The translations under genes and the position numbers were made by a program. 16,260 bases of DNA. It comes from a virus. Under the pieces are notes generated by a model, which did no database searches, was not told the DNA's origin, and saw only the letters and a list, made by a program, of their open reading frames with translations. Positions 8,447 to 14,993 of the stretch are shown here, piece after piece; the stretch's first letter is position 1, and each line of letters starts with the position of its first letter. The stretch lies in UHGV virus genome UHGV-0143875, one strand, 5' to 3'.

Positions 8447-8983
8447 ATGTCATCAATCCGCTTAACTACGAGAATGAAAGAGAAAATCGCTCGTAACGCT
8501 TTAATTAAATCTGGGGTTTTCACTGAGCTTGAAGAAGTAACAAAGTTAAAGAACAAGCTTGCACTTGACGCCAGAGTTGTTGCGTTTGGCGGTAAAAAGA
8601 AAACTGAGGAAGTGGATCAGTTATCATCCAAGTTAATGGCTATAAGCGAAGAACTTGAAAAGCTGGGATGTTCATTTTACTCATGCGATGCCCGTTCAAC
8701 TTCAATTTATCTGACTGTATCTGGCAGAAGGGTTGGCTGGTATTCATATGGGAAAGACGGCAACGGCGAAGATATATTGCTCCCTACTCCGACCAAAGAT
8801 AAATGCATGTTTAGCGCAGAACACGAAATAACAAAAAGGTTTGATGAAATCTGCGCATTGCAACAAAAACTTGAAGCCAAGAAAAAGGATATCGAATCAA
8901 ATGTATGGGCTGCTTTGAACTCAGTCACAACAGTTAAGCGACTTATTGAAGTTTGGCCTGAAAGCAAAGAGTTGCTACCATAA
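8447..8983 (+). CDS. Hypothetical protein, 178 aa, in the N-proximal accessory slot (lambda ral/sieB position)
   Basis: ATG at 8447 preceded by GAGAGGA RBS; MSSIRLTTRMKEKIARNALIKSGVFTELEEVTKLKNKLALDARVVAFGGKKKTEEVDQ...; charged, Lys-rich, no obvious transmembrane segment; lower GC than flanks by eye; no resemblance to Ral or SieB as recalled. Confidence 0.6.
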   Translation: MSSIRLTTRMKEKIARNALIKSGVFTELEEVTKLKNKLALDARVVAFGGKKKTEEVDQLSSKLMAISEELEKLGCSFYSCDARSTSIYLTVSGRRVGWYSYGKDGNGEDILLPTPTKDKCMFSAEHEITKRFDEICALQQKLEAKKKDIESNVWAALNSVTTVKRLIEVWPESKELLP

Positions 8984-9204
8984 GAAGCAGATAAAGCAAG
9001 TACAGCACTTCCTGCTTTACGGGTAGAAGATTTGAATAAGATGATTGTACTTCCTTCCGAGGTCGCATAATCGTCCTTTATTTTTGGCATAAACAACAGA
9101 ATAAACACTGCACTGTGTATTCATTCCAACGAGTGAATACACGGAGCAATGTCGCTCGTAACCAAACAGGAGCCGACTTGTTCTGATTATTGGAAATCTT
9201 CTTT

Positions 9205-9230
9205 GCCCTCCAGTGTGAGGGCCTTTTTAT
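9205..9230 (+). terminator. Intrinsic terminator upstream of cIII (tL-type)
   Basis: GCCCTC-CAGTGT-GAGGGC hairpin followed by CTTTTTAT. Confidence 0.6.
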
Positions 9231-9294
9231 ATGCATACCAATAACGCTTCACTCGAGGCGTTTTCGTTATGCAATCAAACAGAAGGAGCATCCT

Positions 9295-9465
9295 ATGCAA
9301 CAGTTCGCTATTGCAGGGGCGGCATCGGTTCGCCCTTTCAACCCGATTTTATCGGTACAGCATTCACGAAAAAATATTTTAACCGGAGCAGACTTTAAAC
9401 AACCAAGAATGAAAAGCTTGCTCGAAAAGCTTTGGGATATTTTGAAACAACAAGGCCGCCCATGA
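9295..9465 (+). CDS. cIII: cIII-like protein (inhibitor of FtsH-mediated cII degradation)
   Basis: 56 aa MQQFAIAGAASVRPFNPILSVQHSRKNILTGADFKQPRMKSLLEKLWDILKQQGRP after RBS AAGGAG; same size, position and N-terminal MQ-x-AIAG motif as lambda cIII, otherwise diverged. Confidence 0.65.
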   Translation: MQQFAIAGAASVRPFNPILSVQHSRKNILTGADFKQPRMKSLLEKLWDILKQQGRP

Positions 9466-9569
9466 GTTTTACAGATAACTGGTCAGACGAAGAATTCATT
9501 CGTCAGATAAACAAAATGCTCAATCAGCACAAAGAACAGGAGAAAGATGATGATTCTGACTCTGAATGA
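9462..9569 (+). CDS. Possible small acidic protein (35 aa), ATGA-coupled to cIII
   Basis: MSFTDNWSDEEFIRQINKMLNQHKEQEKDDDSDSE; start overlaps the cIII stop; too short for the ORF track; coding status uncertain. Confidence 0.3.
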   Translation: MSFTDNWSDEEFIRQINKMLNQHKEQEKDDDSDSE

Positions 9570-9858
9570 TAAGCGTGAAATATCGCAAATTATCGCAACT
9601 TTTACTGATGAAGATTACGAACGAATCAACAGTGAAGTTGATCGCCTCTGCAAACGTTGCGACCCAATAAGCGAAATGCTTCGCTCATATAAACCAGATG
9701 AACACACTAAAGATGCTATCGACTGGCTGGAAGATGATGACTGTGACTATCAGGAAAAAGCCGCTGAATGGTTCTGGGATGCAATAACAGAAAGAGTTAA
9801 GGCTGAATATGCCTTCGCAATATTCAAACGCAGACAAATTTATGGAGAAGCAGCATGA
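9547..9858 (+). CDS. Hypothetical acidic protein, 103 aa, immediately upstream of and coupled to the RecT gene
   Basis: RBS AGGAG 5 nt before ATG; MMILTLNDKREISQIIATFTDEDYERINSEVDRLCKRCDPISEMLRSYKPDEH...; Asp/Glu-rich; stop overlaps the RecT start (ATGA). In the position lambda uses for kil/gam. Confidence 0.6.
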   Translation: MMILTLNDKREISQIIATFTDEDYERINSEVDRLCKRCDPISEMLRSYKPDEHTKDAIDWLEDDDCDYQEKAAEWFWDAITERVKAEYAFAIFKRRQIYGEAA

Positions 9859-10757
9859 GCAATATCGTTGAATTCGTTAAACATCAGGAGCAGTTATTCT
9901 GCGGGGCATTGACTGAACAGACGGTGACATGGGCTAAGGAAAGCCAGTTTGCAATTCAGTATTTCCAGAAAAATGATTACCTGGCTAAAACGGCACTGGC
10001 AAATCCAACCAGCGCACAGAACGCCATCATCAATGTTGCGGCGATCGGCATCACCTTAAACCCGGCTAGCAAACTGGCTTATCTAGTTCCGCGCGACGGC
10101 ATGGTTTGCCTTGATATAAGTTACATGGGATTACTTCACCTTGCACAGTCGACAGGATCAATTAAGTGGGGACAATGCAAACTGGTGTACTCAAACGACA
10201 CCTATGAATCGAATGGCCTTGATTCAGCACCCACTCACAAATACAACGCATTTGGTGAGCGAGGCTCTATTGTTGGTGGTTATTGCACGGTTAAAACAGC
10301 AGATGGTGACTACCTGACTGAAGAAATGAGTCTGACAGAAATTAAAGCCGTGGAAGCAACGAGCAAGGCAAAGAATGGACCGTGGATGACATTCTGGGAA
10401 GAGATGGCGCGTAAAACCATAGTTAAACGCGCCAGCAAATACTGGCCTAAAGCCCAGCGACTGGATAATGCCATTCACCTGCTTAACGAAGATGAAAGTA
10501 TGCATCAGGAACCAGTTATGCCGCATAAATCAGAGGAAGATATCCGCGAAGATGAACGGAAACGCCAGCAGGAAATAACGGATAAAGCACAACTTCTTTG
10601 TGATGAAATGGCTCAGGCTGAAAACATGGATGATTTGAAGAGATATTTTGCAGAAGCATATCGCCTGACATCTGGAATGAAATTGCAGCAGAACGTACAA
10701 GCCATTTACATAGAATGCAAAGCGAAACTGGAGGTTGCCAGTGAGCAAACTGTATGA
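9855..10757 (+). CDS. recT: RecT-family single-strand annealing recombinase
   Basis: 300 aa; contains the ...NGPWMTFWEEMARKTIVKRASKYWP... block characteristic of the RecT family (compare Rac RecT GPWVTHWEEMAKKT by recall); occupies the lambda bet position. Confidence 0.8.
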   Translation: MSNIVEFVKHQEQLFCGALTEQTVTWAKESQFAIQYFQKNDYLAKTALANPTSAQNAIINVAAIGITLNPASKLAYLVPRDGMVCLDISYMGLLHLAQSTGSIKWGQCKLVYSNDTYESNGLDSAPTHKYNAFGERGSIVGGYCTVKTADGDYLTEEMSLTEIKAVEATSKAKNGPWMTFWEEMARKTIVKRASKYWPKAQRLDNAIHLLNEDESMHQEPVMPHKSEEDIREDERKRQQEITDKAQLLCDEMAQAENMDDLKRYFAEAYRLTSGMKLQQNVQAIYIECKAKLEVASEQTV

Positions 10758-11223
10758 AATAGCCAATGAATACGCAAAGTTGATGGATTCGGATTTAGAG
10801 CCAGAGATGATTGCTGACACAATAGAAGGCATGGAAGGAGAATTTACCGATAAAATAGAGCAACTTCTTGCCATTATTAAAAATGAATCTGGTTATGCTG
10901 AACGCCTCAAGGACGAGGCAAAGTCACTGAATGAACGAGCAGCAGTAATTCAAAATAAGATTGATAGCATTATGGCATATATAGCGTCATCGCTTGAAAT
11001 GGTTGGCAAGAAAAAGATTCGAGCAGGTATTCACCAGGTAACAATCCGCAAACCGTCAGAAACTGTAGAAATCATCGACTCAAGCGCCCTTCCTCAAGAA
11101 TACGTTGAGTTTGAAACGACAATTAAAGCCGACAAGTTGGCAATAAAACACCAACTAAAAGCAGGAATAAATATCCCCGGCGCTCAACTCAAAGTTGGGA
11201 AACCTTCACTTCTTATCAAATAA
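10741..11223 (+). CDS. Hypothetical protein (~160 aa) downstream partner of RecT, probable GTG start
   Basis: GGAGG RBS 7 nt upstream of GTG at 10741; overlaps the RecT 3' end; predicted helical and charged: SKLYEIANEYAKLMDSDLEPEMIADTIEGMEGEFTDKIEQLLAIIKNESGYAERLKDEAKSLNERAAV.... Function unknown. Confidence 0.55.
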   Translation: MSKLYEIANEYAKLMDSDLEPEMIADTIEGMEGEFTDKIEQLLAIIKNESGYAERLKDEAKSLNERAAVIQNKIDSIMAYIASSLEMVGKKKIRAGIHQVTIRKPSETVEIIDSSALPQEYVEFETTIKADKLAIKHQLKAGINIPGAQLKVGKPSLLIK

Positions 11224-11234
11224 CGGTATCGCCT

Positions 11235-11549
11235 ATGAAAAAGACTCCATGGGAGAAATGGGAAGTCAATTTCTTGCGCGAAGTAGTGGCGACAATGCCA
11301 GTTGAAGTTATCGCTGAAAAACTGGAAAGGACTGAAAAAGCAGTAATGGCGAAAGCAACAAGGATTGGCGCTGACATTGTTAGCCGACTTCGTGGAAGAC
11401 GATGGACAAGAGCCGAAGTATCACTTTTCGGTAAGTTCTCCGCAGAAGAAATAGCAATTGCAACCTGCCGCTTAATTTATTCGGTAAGAGCTATGCGATA
11501 CAAGCTAAAAAAACTCGATGAAAAAAGAGCAGGCATACAAATAAATTAA
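11235..11549 (+). CDS. Hypothetical small basic protein, 104 aa, with two W/E/F-containing repeats (possible DNA-binding)
   Basis: MKKTPWEKWEVNFLREVVATMPVEVIAEKLERTEKAV...RRWTRAEVSLFGKFSAEEIAIATCR...; internal repeat noted by eye; fold unverified. Confidence 0.5.
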   Translation: MKKTPWEKWEVNFLREVVATMPVEVIAEKLERTEKAVMAKATRIGADIVSRLRGRRWTRAEVSLFGKFSAEEIAIATCRLIYSVRAMRYKLKKLDEKRAGIQIN

Positions 11550-11565
11550 CATGGAGTAATTAACA

Positions 11566-11847
11566 ATGAAGCTAAACATCGACCTCGGTAAATACGTTAT
11601 TACTGGAACAAAACACGACCTGATTCTTAATGAAAGAGGAATTATCAAAGAAGGTGAGAATGCAGGGAAAGAAACACTAAGCCGTATCGGTTATTACAGC
11701 AAGTTTGAGCATCTGGTCAAAGAGTTATGCAACCGTGAAATCCTGTTATCTCAGGCGCAGACGCTACAGGATATTCAGCAGCATATCGAAACTTTAGGTA
11801 TGTCACTTAGCATGGCTATTGACCAGTTCGTGGAGAGTAAATCATGA
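11566..11847 (+). CDS. Hypothetical protein, 93 aa
   Basis: ORF track; same strand, AT-rich, tightly spaced after the previous gene. Confidence 0.5.
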   Translation: MKLNIDLGKYVITGTKHDLILNERGIIKEGENAGKETLSRIGYYSKFEHLVKELCNREILLSQAQTLQDIQQHIETLGMSLSMAIDQFVESKS

Positions 11848-11978
11848 GAGGACTTGCATACAATCCCGGCATTCTTCCAGCAGAAATGATTATTCGCCAA
11901 CGCGTAAAGCCAATGCCATCGAGAGAGGAATTGCTTAAGAGAAATTCTTTTCCATCAGTGAATCAAACAAATATCTGA
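11844..11978 (+). CDS. Possible small protein (44 aa), ATGA-coupled to the preceding gene
   Basis: [44 protein letters not shown]; start overlaps the upstream stop; below the ORF-track size cutoff. Confidence 0.3.
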   Translation: MRGLAYNPGILPAEMIIRQRVKPMPSREELLKRNSFPSVNQTNI

Positions 11979-12006
11979 ATACGATGTGGCGCAAAGGAGG
12001 CAACCA

Positions 12007-12567
12007 GTGAGTGTAACGGTTGAAAAGATTGATGTGTTGTCATTCGTTATAACCGGTGCAGAGAGACTAGATCCGGTTCGAGTGATGATTGAAAACTACG
12101 AACCTGGAAAGGGAAGAATCACCATCACCTGCTACGGAAAAGCGTGGACTGCGGCTTGGTTTGCTATGGGCGGTGATGATGTGCAGACGTTCATTAAGCG
12201 AGTCAGCAACGATTATCTAATCGACAATTTCGACCCTCAACTGCTAAGCACGGTCGACGATGACAACGATGCAAATCTGCTTTTCGTGAAGTCAGAAATC
12301 ATAAAGTTACGAAGAGAGAGAGAAATAGACGTCGTACTGGCTCGCGAAATGTGGGACGAGGCGGAAAACGCCGATGACGTAAAAGAAAGCTGCTGCTGTT
12401 TCGGCGTCGGTAACAAACTACTGAATCTCTTTGGTGATGATCCGTGGTATGCCAACTGGCCAACGATACCAAACCCGAAATACCAGTATCTGGAACGCGT
12501 ACTTAATGCAGTGAGAGACGGTCTTAAGCAAATAGATGCAGGAGAGCAAAGCGATGAAAAACCGTAA
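12007..12567 (+). CDS. Hypothetical protein (~186 aa), probable GTG start
   Basis: AAGGAGG RBS at 11994-12000, GTG at 12007; ...VTVEKIDVLSFVITGAERLDPVRVMIENYEPGKGRITITCYGKAWTAAWFAMGGDD...; acidic central region; first gene of a tightly coupled five-gene block. Confidence 0.55.
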   Translation: MSVTVEKIDVLSFVITGAERLDPVRVMIENYEPGKGRITITCYGKAWTAAWFAMGGDDVQTFIKRVSNDYLIDNFDPQLLSTVDDDNDANLLFVKSEIIKLRREREIDVVLAREMWDEAENADDVKESCCCFGVGNKLLNLFGDDPWYANWPTIPNPKYQYLERVLNAVRDGLKQIDAGEQSDEKP

Positions 12568-12730
12568 GGCAAAACGACTTTTTTTACAGCGACCTGTGCG
12601 TGTGGTGGAGCTGGTTATTAGCAACCATAAGATAGCGGTACTCCATCCATTTGGTCAGGTGGCTTTTGCCGCAAAGCGTAAGCCTACTGCGTCACAGAAC
12701 AGGCGGAAGAAAGGGTACGCTGTAAGATGA
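12554..12730 (+). CDS. Small basic protein (58 aa), paralog 1 of a tandem pair
   Basis: ATG at 12554 (internal Met of ORF 12536..12730): MKNRKAKRLFLQRPVRVVELVISNHKIAVLHPFGQVAFAAKRKPTASQNRRKKGYAVR; Lys/Arg-rich. Confidence 0.5.
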   Translation: MKNRKAKRLFLQRPVRVVELVISNHKIAVLHPFGQVAFAAKRKPTASQNRRKKGYAVR

Positions 12731-12918
12731 AAAACCGTAAAGCAAAGATGCTTATTTCCCGTGTATACAGACGTTGCTATCCCAGCCAATGGTTGAGGGT
12801 TAGCAATCGCCGTGTGGTGTTGTTTTCATTTTCTGGAATTGCCAGAGAGGGAGTCAAAGATAAGCGTAGCGCGGCGCAAAACCGCTGGAAAAACCACTTG
12901 TGCACTAAAGGAGCGTGA
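12727..12918 (+). CDS. Small basic protein (63 aa), paralog 2 of a tandem pair
   Basis: MKNRKAKMLISRVYRRCYPSQWLRVSNRRVVLFSFSGIAREGVKDKRSAAQNRWKNHLCTKGA; ATGA-coupled to paralog 1; shares the MKNRKAK N-terminus and an S/A-QNR-R/W-K C-terminal block. Confidence 0.5.
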   Translation: MKNRKAKMLISRVYRRCYPSQWLRVSNRRVVLFSFSGIAREGVKDKRSAAQNRWKNHLCTKGA

Positions 12919-12919
12919 T

Positions 12920-13435
12920 ATGGCGTTAACACACCGCGAACTCTGTCAGATTGCGTACAAGTTCCTTAAGCGCAACGGGTTCAAGGTTTGTTTTCATGAC
13001 CGCTTTATAGCTGTAACCAGTACCGGAGAACAGCCAGATGCTATGGGATTCAGAAATTCAGCATCATGCCTGATAGAGGCGAAGTGTTCTCGTGCTGACT
13101 TGTTGGCAGATAGAAAAAAGCGTTTCCGTAAAAATCCGTCTCTTGGAATGGGCGACTGGCGATTCTTTATTAGTGAGCCGGGAATTATTTCAATTGAGGA
13201 TTTACCTCCCGGCTGGGGATTACTTCACGTTGTTAACGGAAGAGTACGGAAAGTACATGGATGGCCCAAGGGGAATTGCTGTTGGGGTAACCCTGAAGAT
13301 AAACCTTTTATTGGGAATAAGCAGGTTGAATGCGATTACATGTTATCTGCATTAAGGCGCATGGAGTTGAGAGGGCACCTTAATGAAATATATGACGGTG
13401 TAATTGTTAATAAGAAAGAAGGAAACGCGGCATGA
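12920..13435 (+). CDS. Hypothetical protein, 171 aa, with a PD-(D/E)xK-like motif (possible nuclease fold)
   Basis: ATG at 12920 after AAGGAG RBS: MALTHRELCQIAYKFLKRNGFKVCFHDRFIAVTSTGEQPDAMGFRNSASCLIEAKCSRADLL...; the D-x(n)-E-A-K arrangement resembles restriction-endonuclease-fold catalytic motifs. Inference only. Confidence 0.5.
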   Translation: MALTHRELCQIAYKFLKRNGFKVCFHDRFIAVTSTGEQPDAMGFRNSASCLIEAKCSRADLLADRKKRFRKNPSLGMGDWRFFISEPGIISIEDLPPGWGLLHVVNGRVRKVHGWPKGNCCWGNPEDKPFIGNKQVECDYMLSALRRMELRGHLNEIYDGVIVNKKEGNAA

Positions 13436-14364
13436 TCACTATTACCAAAGAGTTCACCAAAGAGCAGTTGATTGAGCAGGCTAAGAAGAATATTGAGGTT
13501 CTTCGCGTTGCGGTGGAAAGAGTCCCAGGCGCTTATGATGCGGCGGTTATTCATCTCAAGCTGGCTGAAATTACGCTGGCATCGCTGGAAGCAGAGCCTG
13601 TTCTGTATCAGTCCTGCACACGCCCCACCTGGAATAGCGGAGTTCCGTGGACGGAATGGAAAGAACGTAGTCGTGAGGGCTACGAAGACGATTTGCGCTT
13701 TACAGACACGCCTGACCATGCCGGTTGGATAAACAAATGTCGAAAACTATATACCACTCCGCCAGCACCGATAGCGTTAGAGGCCATTGAAAACGCAATT
13801 GAATATATCCGCAGTATCGCTTTTCACATCGATGAAGACGATTACCACGGCAAGCATATTGCGTATTTCATGCGACAAGCACTGGTCTGGCTGGAAGGGC
13901 ATTCATGCAGCAACGACAGACAGGGTAAAGCCGAGAATCAACCAGTACGCGGCAACCAGACTGCCGAATCCAATCGCGGTAATGAGTGGACCGGCAATCC
14001 TGATATTGATAACGCCATCATCATGCTCGATCGCATAGATACGCTGGAAAGTTGCGATGATGACCGTATTGAGGCGGTTAAGGCTGTTTTGCGTAGACTG
14101 GCTGGCAACTATCCGGTAACTCCGGATGGTTGGATAAGCTGTAGTGAGCGAATGCCAGAAATGGGAGAGCGACAATGCTATGTGTTAGCAGCTGACTTTA
14201 AAAACAACTACCCACCAAACATCCCCAACACTCAGGTCGGCGTATATGGCGACTGGTTTAATGATGGCAATCCCACTTGGGATGACGGTGATGGCGAAGA
14301 CCTGTATCTCAAAGAGGTAACCCACTGGATGCCGCTACCGGAACCGCCACAGGAGGTGAAATGA
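13432..14364 (+). CDS. Hypothetical phage protein, 310 aa, with a C-terminal region resembling the DUF551 prophage domain
   Basis: ATGA-coupled to the upstream gene; C-terminus ...QCYVLAADFKNNYPPNIPNTQVGVYGDWFNDGNPTWDDGDGEDLYLKEVTHWMPLPEPPQEVK resembles DUF551-type tails by recall; N-terminal two thirds unassigned. Confidence 0.55.
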   Translation: MITITKEFTKEQLIEQAKKNIEVLRVAVERVPGAYDAAVIHLKLAEITLASLEAEPVLYQSCTRPTWNSGVPWTEWKERSREGYEDDLRFTDTPDHAGWINKCRKLYTTPPAPIALEAIENAIEYIRSIAFHIDEDDYHGKHIAYFMRQALVWLEGHSCSNDRQGKAENQPVRGNQTAESNRGNEWTGNPDIDNAIIMLDRIDTLESCDDDRIEAVKAVLRRLAGNYPVTPDGWISCSERMPEMGERQCYVLAADFKNNYPPNIPNTQVGVYGDWFNDGNPTWDDGDGEDLYLKEVTHWMPLPEPPQEVK

Positions 14365-14425
14365 TGCTTGGCCTGAAGTATTTTATGTAATTGGTATTGC
14401 TATATTTTTATCTGGGGATAAACGA

Positions 14426-14668
14426 ATGTTCTCTCTGATTCAACGTGGTCAGATATACACCGATAGCGCTGGCTATCCAGTAAAAATCATTCGTAGTACT
14501 GATCACTCAGTGTTCTTCAAGAGGATGGATGGCTATCCTGGAAGGGTGTGCATCAGAAAATTCAATAATTTATTCGAACACATTGATCACAGAGAATATC
14601 ACCAGATCCTGGCTGAAACAGAACAGGAGAACCATCTGAAAAAATTACGTGCCATGCAAAGGAGATAA
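14426..14668 (+). CDS. Hypothetical protein, 80 aa
   Basis: ORF track; MFSLIQRGQIYTDSAGYPVKIIRSTDHSVFFKRMDGYPGRVCIRKFNNLFEHIDHREYHQILAETEQENHLKKLRAMQRR; same strand as the pL operon. Confidence 0.45.
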   Translation: MFSLIQRGQIYTDSAGYPVKIIRSTDHSVFFKRMDGYPGRVCIRKFNNLFEHIDHREYHQILAETEQENHLKKLRAMQRR

Positions 14669-14748
14669 ACCGGTAAAGGTGTTCGCGATAAAGGTGAATA
14701 TCGGCAATGAATAACAATCCTCGAACTCGCGGGGATTTCTTTTATCTG

Positions 14749-14773
14749 AACTCGCTACGGCGAGTTTTGTTTT
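14749..14773 (+). terminator. Candidate intrinsic terminator or attenuator
   Basis: AACTCGC-TACG-GCGAGTT hairpin followed by TTGTTTT; located between the 80-aa gene and the 55-aa ORF. Confidence 0.35.
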
Positions 14774-14786
14774 ATGGAGATGATAA

Positions 14787-14954
14787 ATGCACTTCCGAGT
14801 CACAGGTGAATGGAATGGAGAACCATTCAACAGAGTTATCGAAGCAGAGAACATCAACGACTGCTATGACCACTGGATGATATGGGCGCAGATAGCACAT
14901 GCAGACGTAACCAATATTTGTATTGAAGAACTGAAAGAACACCAAGCCGCCTGA
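14787..14954 (+). CDS. Small protein (55 aa) immediately upstream of xis (lambda orf55-like by position)
   Basis: MHFRVTGEWNGEPFNRVIEAENINDCYDHWMIWAQIAHADVTNICIEELKEHQAA; below the ORF-track cutoff; translated by hand. Confidence 0.45.
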   Translation: MHFRVTGEWNGEPFNRVIEAENINDCYDHWMIWAQIAHADVTNICIEELKEHQAA

Positions 14955-14967
14955 TGGCGGTTTTTTC
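14946..14967 (+). terminator. Hairpin plus T-run between the 55-aa ORF and xis
   Basis: GCCGCC-TGAT-GGCGGT followed by TTTTTTC; overlaps the stop of the 55-aa ORF. Confidence 0.5.
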
Positions 14968-14993
14968 TTGCGTGTAATTGCGGAGACTTTGCG

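Larger units (their letters stand above)
12554..12919 (+). repeat. Diverged tandem duplication (two ~175-190-bp units), each carrying one small basic ORF
   Basis: Unit starts ATGAAAAACCGTAAGGCAAAACGAC (12554) and ATGAAAAACCGTAAAGCAAAGATGC (12727) are near-identical; further shared blocks (GCCGTGTGGTG; AAGCGTA...CAGAACAGGCGGAAGAAAGG versus AAGCGTA...CAAAACCGCTGGAAAAACC) seen by eye. Confidence 0.6.

Noticed and set aside
8707-9108. 133-aa minus-strand ORF antisense to the 178-aa gene (considered as a possible sieB-like gene)
   Set aside because: Ser/Leu-rich translation typical of an antisense frame of an AT-rich gene; opposite to the pL operon direction; no RBS; hydropathy does not suggest a membrane protein like SieB.
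10224-10874. Minus-strand ORFs 10224..10526 and 10530..10874 inside the RecT region
   Set aside because: Antisense to the well-supported RecT gene and its partner; low-complexity translations.
12237-13719. Minus-strand ORFs 12237..12572, 12418..12624, 13336..13719 and plus ORFs 13092..13355, 13472..13732, 13787..14038, 13903..14175
   Set aside because: All overlap the co-directional coupled operon in other frames or antisense; none has start context or recognisable features.
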